From NCBI GenBank assembly GCA_035485275.1, contig DATHOE010000036.1, positions 1-39,909 on the forward strand: a DNA stretch of 39,909 bases. Reading direction: 5' to 3'. Position numbers and translations under genes: made by a program. Positions 9,184 through 21,858 of this stretch are shown in pieces. Each line of letters begins with the position of its first letter. The first letter of the stretch is position 1. The notes beneath the pieces are model-generated. The model had not been told where the DNA came from and searched no databases. It worked only from the letters and a program-made list of their open reading frames with translations. This DNA comes from a bacterium (GTDB lineage Bacteria; Oederibacteriota; JAJYGY01; DAIDJD01).

Positions 9184-10260
9184 ATGAAGAGAATCTATAA
9201 TTTTGCGGCGGGACCGGCCATTTTACCGGTTCCGGTGCTTGAAGAAGCCTCGAAAAACGTGTTGGAAATCGCCGGTTCGGGCATGTCCGTGCTGGAACTC
9301 AGCCACCGTGGCAAGATCTACGAGACCCTGCACCAGGAAGCCCGGAGCCATTGCCTGGCCCTGATGGGCCTCAAGCCCGAGGACTACACGGTCCTCTTCC
9401 TGGGCGGCGGCGCCAGCCAGCAGTTCGCCACCATCCCCATGAACTTCCTGCGCCCCGGCGCCACCGCGGACTATGTCGACGGCGGGGAATGGGGCTCCAA
9501 GGCCATCAAGGAGGCCAAGGGCCTGGGCACCGTGAACGTGGCGGCCAGCAGCGCCGCGAACAAGCACTCCAGCCTGCCCGTGGACTTCAAATGGACCCCC
9601 GGGGCGGCCTACGCCCACCTGACCACCAACAACACCATCGAGGGCACTCAGATGCGCGTGTCCCCGGAAACGGGCTCGCCCCTGATCCTGGACGCCAGCT
9701 CGGACTTCCTGAGCCACGGCATGGACTGGAGCAAGGCTTCCCTGGTCTATGCCGGCGCCCAGAAGAACGCCGGCCCGGCGGGCCTCACCATCGTGGTCAT
9801 CAAGAAGAGCTTCCTGGCCACGGCCAAGACCGACATCCCGGCCATATTCCAATACGCGGTCCACGACAAGGCCGACAGCCTCTACAACACCCCGCCGGCC
9901 TTCCCGATCTACGTCTTCGGCCTGGTGCTGAAGTGGATCGAATCCCAGGGCGGGATCGCGGGCATCGAGAAGCGCAACCAGCGCAAGGCCCAGCTCATCT
10001 ACGACGCGCTGGACTCCAATGCCGACTTCTACGACGCGGCCGTGACCAAGAAGGAGGACCGCAGCTGGATGAACATCACCTGGCGCGTGCGGGACGCGGC
10101 GAAGGAGGAGGCCTTCCTGAAGGGCGCCAAGGAGCGCCAGATGGACGGGCTGAAGGGCCACCGCAACGTGGGCGGCTTCCGCGCCAGCGTCTACAACGCC
10201 TTCCCCGAGGAAGGCTGCGCGGCCTTGGCCCAGTACCTGAAGGAATTCGCGAAGCAGTAA
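9184..10260 (+). CDS. serC: 3-phosphoserine/phosphohydroxythreonine aminotransferase
   Basis: ATG at 9184 preceded by AGGGGG. MKRIYNFAAGPAILP... class-V aminotransferase (359 aa). Divergent from serA. Confidence 0.9.
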   Translation: MKRIYNFAAGPAILPVPVLEEASKNVLEIAGSGMSVLELSHRGKIYETLHQEARSHCLALMGLKPEDYTVLFLGGGASQQFATIPMNFLRPGATADYVDGGEWGSKAIKEAKGLGTVNVAASSAANKHSSLPVDFKWTPGAAYAHLTTNNTIEGTQMRVSPETGSPLILDASSDFLSHGMDWSKASLVYAGAQKNAGPAGLTIVVIKKSFLATAKTDIPAIFQYAVHDKADSLYNTPPAFPIYVFGLVLKWIESQGGIAGIEKRNQRKAQLIYDALDSNADFYDAAVTKKEDRSWMNITWRVRDAAKEEAFLKGAKERQMDGLKGHRNVGGFRASVYNAFPEEGCAALAQYLKEFAKQ

Positions 10261-10284
10261 AAATAGAGGAACCAAGAACGATTA

Positions 10285-10331
10285 CCATGAAGGCTGGGGG
10301 ATATCCCCCAGCCTTCATGGTTTGTCGGTTT
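10285..10331. terminator. bidirectional rho-independent terminator between convergent serC and vapBC
   Basis: Perfect 16-bp inverted repeat ccatgaaggctggggg-atat-cccccagccttcatgg (10285-10320) followed by tttgtcggttt. Confidence 0.6.
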
Positions 10332-10413
10332 CCCTAACGCCGATCAGCTCCGTTCGCCTGCCTGAACATTTGTAGGGAAATGTCTGTTGGAAGCCGATGG
10401 TCCCAGCCGGGCT

Positions 10414-10806
10414 TCAAGCCTCCAACACTTCGCAGGCCTTGGCAGACAAAATTTTACGGTCCGCGGTCACCAGCACCAAGCCCAGAACGTTGGCCGTGGC
10501 CACGATGAAACGGTCCGCGGGGTCGCCGTGAGGAAGGGCTAGGCATTCACTCTCCAACGCAATTTCATGAGTGAGGGACGCTTCCCTCACTCCGGAATCT
10601 CGAAGCGCCCTGCGAATCCAAGCCAAAGGGGTTTCGCCCTTTCCTATTCCAAGCTTTCCGCTGCGCCCCAAAACCATTGTTTCCCAAACACTCGCCGAGG
10701 AAAGCCAAATTTCGTTTTGTCCCAGAAGTCTGGATACCCCGGGTGAAAGACGTTTAGGGTCCCCCAGGTTCCAAATCCAGACATGTGTATCCAACAGCAG
10801 GCGCAT
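10414..10806 (-). CDS. vapC: type II toxin VapC (PIN-domain RNase)
   Basis: MRLLLDTHVWIWNL...WET...VTADRKI carries the conserved acidic PIN residues. ATG at 10806 overlaps the antitoxin stop as ATGA. Confidence 0.75.
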   Translation of the reverse strand: MRLLLDTHVWIWNLGDPKRLSPGVSRLLGQNEIWLSSASVWETMVLGRSGKLGIGKGETPLAWIRRALRDSGVREASLTHEIALESECLALPHGDPADRFIVATANVLGLVLVTADRKILSAKACEVLEA

Positions 10807-11036
10807 CAGCGCAGGACTTCCCATTCCTCGCCCGTAGGGCCGACTATATCCCCAAGAATTTCAAATGTACCCGCCATACATCCCGCCCAATTTTTCCGCT
10901 TCTCGGCCTTGGCTGGGACAATCTCGGCCACCGGCTTGCCGAAACGCGTCACCAGCAAGGGCTTGCCCGAGACGCGCACTTCCTCCATCACCGAAAGGCA
11001 TTCCGCCTTGAATTTAGAAATCGCCATCTGTCTCAT
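10806..11036 (-). CDS. vapB: type II antitoxin, Phd/YefM family
   Basis: 76 aa. MAISKFKAECLSVMEEVRVSGKPLLVTRFGKPVAEIVP matches the Phd/YefM fold pattern. Translationally coupled to the PIN toxin. Confidence 0.7.
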   Translation of the reverse strand: MRQMAISKFKAECLSVMEEVRVSGKPLLVTRFGKPVAEIVPAKAEKRKNWAGCMAGTFEILGDIVGPTGEEWEVLR

Positions 11037-11111
11037 CGTCGGCCCCGGAGCTTGAAAGGAATCGATTTATTGTATTATGGTCAAAAAAAGTGGTCAAACT
11101 AAAATTACCTG
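11037..11111 (-). promoter_or_regulatory. AT-rich vapBC promoter/operator region with direct repeats tggtcaaa (11077-11084, 11090-11097)
   Basis: Only AT-rich stretch in this neighbourhood. Contains a TTGACC -35-like hexamer and two 8-bp direct repeats 13 bp apart, as expected for an antitoxin autorepression site. Confidence 0.3.
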
Positions 11112-11693
11112 TCAGGCTCGCGCCAATTCCTTCAATTTCACCACCAATTCGATCCGTCCTTCGCCGGTGAGGCTGCTGAAGGCGATGGGCTTGTGGTTCA
11201 GCTTCAGCTCGGCCTTGAGCATGGCCATCTGGGCGGGCTTCTCGTTGCCGCTGAGCTTGTCGACCTTCGTGGCCACGCACAGGGCGTTCTTTTTGAGGCT
11301 GTTGAGCCAGTCGAACAGGCCGCGGTCCTCGGGGCTGGGCTCGTGGCGGCTGTCCACCAGCACGGCCACGGCCTTGAGGGCGTTGCGGCGGCTGAGGTAG
11401 GCCTCGATGAGGGCCTTCCAGGCGTCCCGGTCCCTCGAGGGGCCCTTGGCGAAGCCGTAGCCAGGGAAGTCGACCAGGGTGAGGCCCACGTCGGTTTTGA
11501 AGAAATGGAGGGCCCGGGTGCGGCCGGGCGTCTTGGACACGCGGGCCAGGGCCACATGCCCGCATAAGGCGTTCAACAAGGAGCTCTTGCCCACGTTGCT
11601 GCGGCCCGCCAGCGCGATCTCCGGGCCGTCTTCGGGCAGGAATTCCTCCGGCTTGTGGGCGGCCCCCAGCCAAGTCGCGTTGAGTTGCTTCAA
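11112..11693 (-). CDS. engB: ribosome biogenesis GTP-binding protein YihA/YsxC
   Basis: TTG start at 11693 with AGGAG 5 nt upstream, 8 nt after the lon stop. G1 motif AGRSNVGKSSLLNAL. ~193 aa. The long Pro/Arg-rich 5' extension in the track ORF is rejected. Confidence 0.8.
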   Translation of the reverse strand: MKQLNATWLGAAHKPEEFLPEDGPEIALAGRSNVGKSSLLNALCGHVALARVSKTPGRTRALHFFKTDVGLTLVDFPGYGFAKGPSRDRDAWKALIEAYLSRRNALKAVAVLVDSRHEPSPEDRGLFDWLNSLKKNALCVATKVDKLSGNEKPAQMAMLKAELKLNHKPIAFSSLTGEGRIELVVKLKELARA

Positions 11694-11701
11694 AAAAACT
11701 C

Positions 11702-14140
<2,439 letters not shown>

Positions 14141-14186
14141 CGGTGCCTCACCTAAAGCCAGGGGGCGGACCAGGGTCAGGGGTGGA

Positions 14187-15434
<1,248 letters not shown>

Positions 15435-15508
15435 AACCCGTCCCTCGTGTTGAAACGCCGCGCGCCCGCCTTCCGGCGCAAAGCGGCCGCTAAAGGCCTG
15501 CGGGGCCT

Positions 15509-16111
15509 TTAGTCCTTCTTAACCGACTTTTCGCGGTAGGCCAGCACTTCGTCGACCAGGCCGTAGTTCTTGGCCTCTTCGGCGGACATGAAATTGTCCC
15601 GCTCGGTGTCGCGGTTGATGGTTTGCGCGTCCTTGCCCGAGTGGCGGGCCAGGATCTCGTTGAGGATGTCGCGGACCCGCTGGGTCTCCTTGGCCTGGAT
15701 CTGGATGTCCGTGCTCTGGCCCTGGGCCCCGCCCGAAGGCTGGTGGATCATGACGCGCGCGTAGGGGAGGCATTTGCGCTTGCCCTTGGCCCCAGCCGCA
15801 AGCAGCACCGCGCCCATGCTGGCCGCCTGGCCGATGCAGATGGTCGCCACCGGGCACTTGACGTACTGCATGGTGTCGTAGATGCCCATGCCGGCGCTGA
15901 CGCTGCCGCCCGGCGAGTTGATGTAGAAGAAAATGTCCTTTTCCTCGTCTTCGCTCTGCAAAAACAGCATCTGCGCGATGATGAGGTTGGCCACGTAGTC
16001 GTCCACCGGCGTGCCCAGGAACACGATGCGGTCCTTCAGCAGGCGCGAATAGATGTCGTAGCCGCGCTCGCCGCGCGCGGTGGTTTCAATGACATACGGT
16101 ACGAGGCCCAT
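15509..16111 (-). CDS. clpP: ATP-dependent Clp protease proteolytic subunit
   Basis: 200 aa. GQAASMGA (Ser) and MIHQP (His) active-site motifs. Confidence 0.95.
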   Translation of the reverse strand: MGLVPYVIETTARGERGYDIYSRLLKDRIVFLGTPVDDYVANLIIAQMLFLQSEDEEKDIFFYINSPGGSVSAGMGIYDTMQYVKCPVATICIGQAASMGAVLLAAGAKGKRKCLPYARVMIHQPSGGAQGQSTDIQIQAKETQRVRDILNEILARHSGKDAQTINRDTERDNFMSAEEAKNYGLVDEVLAYREKSVKKD

Positions 16112-16180
16112 GGTTCCCCTTTGTGTGTTCCGGGTTGCGCTCTAGGAATCGGCCCCCTCCTGGGGGGCCCTTTCAACACT

Positions 16181-17464
16181 CTACGCGATCGCCGTGACTT
16201 TGGCCTTTTCCACGACCCATTCCAGGGCCTTGCGCTCCCTGATCTGGGCGCGCACACCGCTCTCGCGGCCGCTCTGGCGGATGTAACGGGCGGCTTCCGC
16301 CGCGCTGGCCTTCATCTGTACGGCCAAATTGCGTATTTCCGCCTCGAAATCCTCGTCCGCGGCCTCGATTTTGTTGTTTTCGGCGATCTTTTCCAGCACC
16401 AGGGAGAGCCGGGCCCGCTTCTCGGCGGGCTCGCGCAGGGCCTTGTGCAGGGCCGCATGGCCCTCCTCGCCGTTGAGCTCCATGCCCTGGCTGGCCAGCC
16501 GGCCCATCTCGCCCTGTTCCATGGCGTGGGCCTCCGCGTCGATCAGGGAGGGCGGCACCGCGAAGACGTGGCGCTTGAGGAGCTCCTCGGCGGCCGCGTC
16601 CATGAGGCGCTGCGCCCGGAAGCGCGATTTCTGCAGGGCCAGGGCCTCCTTCAGGCGCTCGCGCAGGAAGGCCAGGTCCACGACCTCGGCACCGAAGGTC
16701 TTGGCGAAGGCGTCGTCCGCCACGGGCAGTTCCAGCAGGCGCACTTCCTTGACCGTGACGATGAACTCGGCCGCCTTGCCGGCCACGTCCTTGGCCGGAT
16801 AGTCGCCCGGGAAGTCGACCTTGACCTGGCGGGTCTCGCCCACAGCGGCGCCCACCAACTGCTCCTCAAAGCCGGGGATCAGCTGTTTGCGGCCCAGGAC
16901 CAGGCCGTAGTCCGTGGCGTTGCCGCCCGTGAAGGGCTTGTTGTCGATGAAACCCTGGAAATCCACCTTGATGAGGTCGCCCAGGGCCGCCGGTGCCGCC
17001 TTGATTTCGCCCTCTTTCGCCGCGCGCTGGCGCAGGGACTCGACCTGTTCGTCCACTTCCGCCTCGGAGACCTCGGCGGAATGGCCCTTCAGGGTCAGGC
17101 CTTCGACCGATCCGAGGCTGAAGTTCGGCTTCACCTCGACCACGGCCTTGAAGCTGAGCGGCCCCTGGCCGTCGTATTTGAGGTCCTCGATGCTGGGGCG
17201 GCCCACCGCCTTCAGCGATTCCTGGGTCACGGCGTCGTGGGTGGCCTGGGGGAGCAGGCTTTCAAGCACCTGCTGGTGCACCGAATCGCGCAGGCGGGGC
17301 TCCAGGATGGCCCGGGGCGCCTTGCCCTTGCGGAAACCGGGCAGTGCCGCGGTCCGGGACAGGCGGGCGTAGACCTTCTCGTACTCGACGGCCACGGCTT
17401 CCGCCGGGACTTCGATGCTCAGGGTGCGGGAGACTTCGCCGTTGGAAACAACACTGACCTTCAT
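16181..17464 (-). CDS. tig: trigger factor
   Basis: ATG at 17464 (MKVSVVSNGEVSRTL...). Ribosome-binding motif GFRKGKAP, PPIase and C-terminal domains. 427 aa. Confidence 0.9.
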   Translation of the reverse strand: MKVSVVSNGEVSRTLSIEVPAEAVAVEYEKVYARLSRTAALPGFRKGKAPRAILEPRLRDSVHQQVLESLLPQATHDAVTQESLKAVGRPSIEDLKYDGQGPLSFKAVVEVKPNFSLGSVEGLTLKGHSAEVSEAEVDEQVESLRQRAAKEGEIKAAPAALGDLIKVDFQGFIDNKPFTGGNATDYGLVLGRKQLIPGFEEQLVGAAVGETRQVKVDFPGDYPAKDVAGKAAEFIVTVKEVRLLELPVADDAFAKTFGAEVVDLAFLRERLKEALALQKSRFRAQRLMDAAAEELLKRHVFAVPPSLIDAEAHAMEQGEMGRLASQGMELNGEEGHAALHKALREPAEKRARLSLVLEKIAENNKIEAADEDFEAEIRNLAVQMKASAAEAARYIRQSGRESGVRAQIRERKALEWVVEKAKVTAIA

Positions 17465-17497
17465 GGTCTGGGCCTTTCGCTGAAACCGGAAAGAAGA

Positions 17498-17522
17498 GGG
17501 CGGAAGGCAAGGCCTTCCGCCC
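17498..17522. other. perfect 10-bp stem hairpin (gggcggaagg-caagg-ccttccgccc) between hypothetical gene and tig
   Basis: Seen directly. No clear U-tract, so possibly an attenuator or RNA processing element in the tig leader. Confidence 0.3.
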
Positions 17523-17577
17523 GGCAAGGACGTCCAAGATTATAGGTAGAGGGGCCCATGACGGTCAAGCCGCGCCC

Positions 17578-18003
17578 TCAGGCGTCGTGGCCCCAGAACT
17601 GGGCCCCGTCCTGCGTTTCGGGCGGCCTGATCTGCGCGACCCCGAGCGCGAAACGCTGCTTCAGGTCGCCGTCGAGGAGTATCTCCACCGAATAGTGGCC
17701 GGGTTCCGGGAACACCACGTTCCTCAGGAGGGTCACCGCGGTGAAGGTGGCCCGCATGTCCGCCAAACGCAGCACGTTCTCGGAGGTCTCCACCAAAACC
17801 CTGTTTTTGGAGTCCACCATGCGCACCCTCTGCTTGAACTCCCCTTCCCCGTTGCACCAGCGGTTGACCACCGCCATGCCCGGATAGGCCAGCGGGAAGT
17901 CCAGGCCTCCCAGGATCTCGAAGAGTCCGATCAACATGAGCTTGCCGTTGTCCTCGCGCCGGACCTCATCGCAAAGGACCGAGAATAGCAGGTCGGGTTT
18001 CAT
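17578..18003 (-). CDS. hypothetical protein, 141 aa
   Basis: Clean ORF between tRNA-Leu and tig (MKPDLLFSVLCDEVRREDNGKLMLIGLFE...). No family recognised. Confidence 0.55.
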   Translation of the reverse strand: MKPDLLFSVLCDEVRREDNGKLMLIGLFEILGGLDFPLAYPGMAVVNRWCNGEGEFKQRVRMVDSKNRVLVETSENVLRLADMRATFTAVTLLRNVVFPEPGHYSVEILLDGDLKQRFALGVAQIRPPETQDGAQFWGHDA

Positions 18004-18019
18004 GGGGTCCGTGAGAGTG

Positions 18020-18104
18020 TGGTGCGGACGGAGGGACTCGAACCCTCAAGCCTTTTGGGCACCAGATCCTAAGTCTGGCGCGTATGCCATTCCGCCACGT
18101 CCGC
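18020..18104 (-). tRNA. tRNA-Leu (anticodon UAG), type II with long variable arm, CCA encoded
   Basis: GCGGACGTGGCGGAATGGCATACGCGCCAGACTTAGGATCTGGTGCCCAAAAGGCTTGAGGGTTCGAGTCCCTCCGTCCGCACCA. 7-bp acceptor stem, anticodon loop CTTAGGA, T-arm GGTTCGAGTCC. Confidence 0.85.
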
Positions 18105-18216
18105 GCTTAAGGGCATATTAACCAGTATAACACTTGCGGGATATACGTTTTTCGATCCGCGAGGGCGATCGGGCCAAGGCCCTCCCGGAACGCCGGCGGG
18201 CGGGCCTTGCTGGGAC

Positions 18217-18267
18217 AAAAAAAGCGCCATCCGCTTCCGGCCGGATGGCGCTTGGGGCTTGGTTTTT
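18217..18267 (-). terminator. rho-independent terminator downstream of the OM beta-barrel gene (bidirectional: A7 upstream, T-rich downstream)
   Basis: aaaaaaa-gcgccatccg-cttccggc-cggatggcgc-ttggggcttggttttt. 10-bp perfect stem. Confidence 0.6.
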
Positions 18268-18326
18268 ATCCGTTCCGGTCAGGCGCCGGAACGCTCAAAC
18301 ACCGAAAGGACCGGCAGGGCCCCCCG

Positions 18327-19151
18327 CTAATGGGCCGGAGTGGAGTCCGTGGGAAGCTCGCCGTAGTCCTCCCCCTTGGAGACCGGCTCGTCGCTCCACA
18401 ATCCCAGGGTGATGGCGATGTGGGGCCCTGAAAAATTCAAGGAGGTCTTGGGTCCCTGCTGGCCCGAAGGGGTCGTGTCGTAGGCGGTGCCGTTCATCCC
18501 GCTGTAGGTGCCGGTTCCCTTGCTGTTGCTGACGTCGTTGAAGACAATGTAGTCATAACCGAGTTCAAGCCCGATGCTGAAATGGTGGGCGAAAATCGCA
18601 GAACTGCGCGCCAAAACCCCTATGACCGGCGCGGTGCCTTCCTGGTCATAGGATCCGTCGCCCGCATCCGCCGTGCTGTTGACCTTCCCGTCCAGACTCG
18701 AGACGCCCAAGCGCAAACCGAGGAAATTGACGGTCCCCGGCCAGGCCCAGGTGATGGCGGGCGTGAGCGTATAGGTGAGGAGGGTCCAGTTCGTCTTCAC
18801 CTGGCTGAAACCAAGGGAAGGATTATTGGAGTTGTAGTTGACGACCTCGTAATTCCGGAAGGGCCCAGCGTTGAAGCTCGCCTCCAGGGCCGCCATCCGG
18901 CCGAATTGGAGGCCCAAGTGCAGCACCCCGTCCCCGTATCCCTGGGTGCCGATCTGTCCGGGTTTAACGCCGAAATAGCTGTTGGCGTCGCTGTTGGCGA
19001 GGATGACGGCGTCCCCGCCGGCCAGCAGATACATGGCGCTGTTGGTCTCCTCGGCGCGGAGCCCGGATCCGGCCAGGCAGGCCGTTAGCAGGAACGCTCC
19101 GATCAGGTTCTTCGCCGTCAGCACCTGCGCAATGGGAAGTTTATGCCGCAT
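18327..19151 (-). CDS. outer-membrane beta-barrel (porin-like) protein with signal peptide
   Basis: ATG at 19151 with AGGAGG 4 nt upstream. Signal peptide LIGAFLLTACLAGSGLRA. Alternating hydrophobic beta-strands with Gly/Asn/Tyr-rich loops. 274 aa. Confidence 0.6.
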   Translation of the reverse strand: MRHKLPIAQVLTAKNLIGAFLLTACLAGSGLRAEETNSAMYLLAGGDAVILANSDANSYFGVKPGQIGTQGYGDGVLHLGLQFGRMAALEASFNAGPFRNYEVVNYNSNNPSLGFSQVKTNWTLLTYTLTPAITWAWPGTVNFLGLRLGVSSLDGKVNSTADAGDGSYDQEGTAPVIGVLARSSAIFAHHFSIGLELGYDYIVFNDVSNSKGTGTYSGMNGTAYDTTPSGQQGPKTSLNFSGPHIAITLGLWSDEPVSKGEDYGELPTDSTPAH

Positions 19152-19523
19152 GGCTCCTCCTGGGGTGAAAACCGGGTGAACTACGGTTATTTCTTCGCCA
19201 ATCGATTTTTTACCGTGTGGATTCGGCGCACAGAAGGGAAATTACTGCGATCGACTTGACCCAAAAAATCCGGTCCGTATAAAAAAATGTGAAGCTCGCG
19301 GGTGTGCGCACCCGGACACTCCCCTGATACGCCTGAGCCCTATTATTTGCAACATAAAAACAGCTGACAAATTCAAATCGGTAAATCGCATTTTCAAAAT
19401 GAATCAATTCTGGTCGTTTATTGTCCGGGATCATAAATTCCGGACTGCGAACAACTCGACATCTCGCAAAGTGGAATGTCGTTCCAGTCATAGCGGCCGA
19501 CGTGACCCCCAAAACTGAGCCAC

Positions 19524-20363
19524 TCAAAAATGTAATTTTTGAGCTTTTGGGTTAGCTTCCGGTTGTTGGTTTTCGGCCATCCACTTGAGCGTGAACTCGT
19601 GTGGAGTCAGGCCGTCGAGCGAGCTGTGCGGGCGTTGACGGTTGTAATCCTCACGCCAAGTTTCGATCAGATCTCGTGCTTGGTCGAGGGTGTTGAAGAT
19701 GTGCTGGTTCAGGAACTCGTCCCTGTAGCGACCGTTGAAGTTCTCGATGTAGCAGTTCTGGTTTGGCTTGCCGGGCTGGATGAAGTGAAGGGCCACGTTG
19801 TTTTCGTGCGCCCAGGTATCCAGTGCTCGGCTCACAAACTCGGTCCCGTTGTCGACGATGATCGTTTCGGGGAGCCCGTGAGTTTCCCGAAGCCAGTCCA
19901 AAACTCGTGCGACTCTGGTGCCGGGCAAAGAGAAATCCGCTTCGATCGCCGGCGACAACTTGGTGAAATTGTCCACGATGGTCAAACTGCGGAAGGCTCT
20001 GCCCGTGGCCAGGGTGTCGTAGACGAAATCCATGGACCAGATCTGGTTCGGTCGAACTGGCGCCGCCAGGATATTCTCCCGACGCCCAGAGAGGCGCTTC
20101 CGCTTGCGGCGCCGTACTTGCAGCCCTTCTTCTCGGTACAGGCGTTCGACACGCTTGTGGTTGATGATTACGCCATTCCTGCGCATCATCCGCCATAGGC
20201 GCCTTTGCCCGAAACGAGGTCGTTGGGCCGCCAACTCCCTCAGACGAGCCTTCATCGCGTCGTCGTCGTTGGGAACGGGCTTGAGCCGCTTGGTGGAGCG
20301 TTGGAGGCCGACCAGCTTGCAGGCTCGTCGTTCAGAACGCCCCAGCTCCATTGCCACGTCCAC
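19524..20363 (-). CDS. IS3 transposase OrfB (rve DDE integrase core); expressed as OrfAB by -1 frameshift
   Basis: DDE residues in IWSMDFVYD / IIVDNGTEFVS / YIENFNGRYRDE. Upstream in the same frame: ...ILTRPQKRAAVDVAMELG, which joins orfA at the A7 site. Confidence 0.85.
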   Translation of the reverse strand: MDVAMELGRSERRACKLVGLQRSTKRLKPVPNDDDAMKARLRELAAQRPRFGQRRLWRMMRRNGVIINHKRVERLYREEGLQVRRRKRKRLSGRRENILAAPVRPNQIWSMDFVYDTLATGRAFRSLTIVDNFTKLSPAIEADFSLPGTRVARVLDWLRETHGLPETIIVDNGTEFVSRALDTWAHENNVALHFIQPGKPNQNCYIENFNGRYRDEFLNQHIFNTLDQARDLIETWREDYNRQRPHSSLDGLTPHEFTLKWMAENQQPEANPKAQKLHF

Positions 20364-20386
20364 GGCGGCTCTCTTTTGCGGACGGG

Positions 20387-20650
20387 TCAGAATTTTTTTG
20401 CGTTGATCGCCTTCAGAGCCAGAATATCCAGGGCTTGGTCGGCGACCAGGCGCTTGAGCTGGCTGTTCTCACCTTCCAGCTCTTTCATGCGTTTGAGATC
20501 GCTCGGGGTCATACCGCCGTATCGGGACCGCCATTTGTAGATCGTGTTGGCACTGAGCCCGTGCTTCCGGCAGGTTTCGGAGACCTTGCCCGACTCCGCT
20601 TCCCGGAGGATCTCGAAAATCTGGGTTTCGGTGAACCGGCTTTTTTTCAT
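20387..20650 (-). CDS. IS3 transposase OrfA (HTH + leucine-zipper)
   Basis: MKKSRFTETQIFEILREAESGKVSETCRKHGLSANTIYKWRSRY..., the classic IS3 OrfA N-terminus. Confidence 0.85.
   Translation of the reverse strand: MKKSRFTETQIFEILREAESGKVSETCRKHGLSANTIYKWRSRYGGMTPSDLKRMKELEGENSQLKRLVADQALDILALKAINAKKF
20393..20399 (-). other. programmed -1 ribosomal frameshift slippery heptamer AAAAAAA (orfA->orfB)
   Basis: GCA AAA AAA TTC TGA in the orfA frame. The -1 slip gives ...KK-ILTRPQKRAAVDVAMELG... continuous with orfB. Confidence 0.7.
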
Positions 20651-20874
20651 GTGCTGCTCCTTGGTTAGGAATCCTAACCCACGAGCCTCACATTTTCAAA
20701 TGGACCAGATTTTGGGGGTCACGTCGCGGCGAACACCCTATGTCCGCATCCTCACGGAGCACCATACTTTTCAATGCACTATGGCCAATTTTACCGTTTC
20801 AGCTGGGATCATTCCCCCGCCACAATCCTTGAACTACCTCTACCCCTTGCCCCGCTTCAATGGGACCACAGCAT

Positions 20875-21423
20875 CTATTTTCTTGCACCTCCGACAAGTC
20901 CATCTGCTATCTCGCCTTCGTGTCTTTTCAGGTATTTATCTGCAATCTGGCCAATAGAAATTTTGTTGATTTTGATGATACGGATCCTACCCAAAGGAAT
21001 TCTTAAATCTCCTTCAATGTTCCTACTTAGCTCAACATGAACATTTCCAAAAAATGCGTCAATCAATTCGTATGGAGCAATACTCGATCCATCTCTTTTT
21101 TCTCGAACGACCCGGTGTTTAATCACGACAACTTTAAAAAATGGAGGAAAATTATTTTTAAGCCAAACAAGATATAATGACGGTGTTGTACCCGGATTAT
21201 CTGCGACCTGTCTTATAAATTTAATGCATTGGCAATCGGACTGCTTAGCAGGGTCCCCCCAGCCGCGCTCTTTGCACAACGCTAATTGAAATTCAACTTC
21301 TGCCTCGTCCCCTTCGCCATTTGCCTCATTGTATTCAAGCACAGTCGGAATATGATCACGGGCAAATAAACCAGCATACCAATTCAAATCAGTGGTCATG
21401 CCCGTACAAAAGCCTGGCGGCAT
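20875..21423 (-). CDS. hypothetical protein (~182 aa) in low-GC islet
   Basis: Longest ORF in the ~40% GC islet. First ATG at 21423 (the track start is TTG at 21453). No family recognised. Confidence 0.4.
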   Translation of the reverse strand: MPPGFCTGMTTDLNWYAGLFARDHIPTVLEYNEANGEGDEAEVEFQLALCKERGWGDPAKQSDCQCIKFIRQVADNPGTTPSLYLVWLKNNFPPFFKVVVIKHRVVREKRDGSSIAPYELIDAFFGNVHVELSRNIEGDLRIPLGRIRIIKINKISIGQIADKYLKRHEGEIADGLVGGARK

Positions 21424-21621
21424 TCCAAAAAAAACACAGCGAACATGATCCAAAATTTATTCATTTTCCACCTCACTGGGTCACTTGAAGGGTATTATCT
21501 CCCGCATTCACTGCAGCGTTCAAAGCTCCCTCCAGTCCGGCGGTGTCGCCACAAGTCGCACCAACGCAACCAGCAGTCCCTGGCGTACCACCATCCGGGT
21601 GAATCATCCACGCCCGCAGTT

Positions 21622-21858
21622 TCAATCATGATATGACCTAAAAAATGGAGCCAACGAAAAAATAGCTAAAATAACAAAAATCAAACCCTGCAATATAATA
21701 ATGCATTTACCAAAATTTTTCTTGAAGTTGTCTCCATAATATCCACCGCTCAAGGAGTTGAAAAATAAATATAACTTTTCAGCAAAAATAATTTCTAAAA
21801 TTCCAATAACTAGAATTGAAAAAGAAACTATTGCGCCTTCATCTGGAGTTAGCTTCAT
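21622..21858 (-). CDS. small membrane protein (2 predicted TM helices), low-GC islet
   Basis: 78 aa. IVSFSILVIGILEIIF and CIIILQGLIFVILAIFSLAPFF hydrophobic segments. Start overlaps the upstream ORF stop (ATGA). Confidence 0.35.
   Translation of the reverse strand: MKLTPDEGAIVSFSILVIGILEIIFAEKLYLFFNSLSGGYYGDNFKKNFGKCIIILQGLIFVILAIFSLAPFFRSYHD

Larger units (their letters stand above)
19503..20720 (-). mobile_element. IS3-family insertion sequence (~1.2 kb) with TG...CA ends
   Basis: 14-bp perfect terminal inverted repeat cgTGACCCCCAAAA (19501-19514) / TTTTGGGGGTCAcg (20709-20722). orfA+orfB with A7 slippery site. Inserted in AT-rich DNA. Confidence 0.8.

Noticed and set aside
19210-19527. 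105-aa minus-strand ORF in the AT-rich leader overlapping the IS left end
   Set aside because: Starts inside the IS terminal repeat, low-complexity, no RBS. The region is better explained as the OMP promoter/leader interrupted by the IS.
20544-21040. Plus-strand ORFs 20544..20957 and 20774..21040 at the IS/islet junction
   Set aside because: They overlap the IS terminus and the minus-strand 182-aa ORF. AT-rich DNA yields few stops in some frames. No support.
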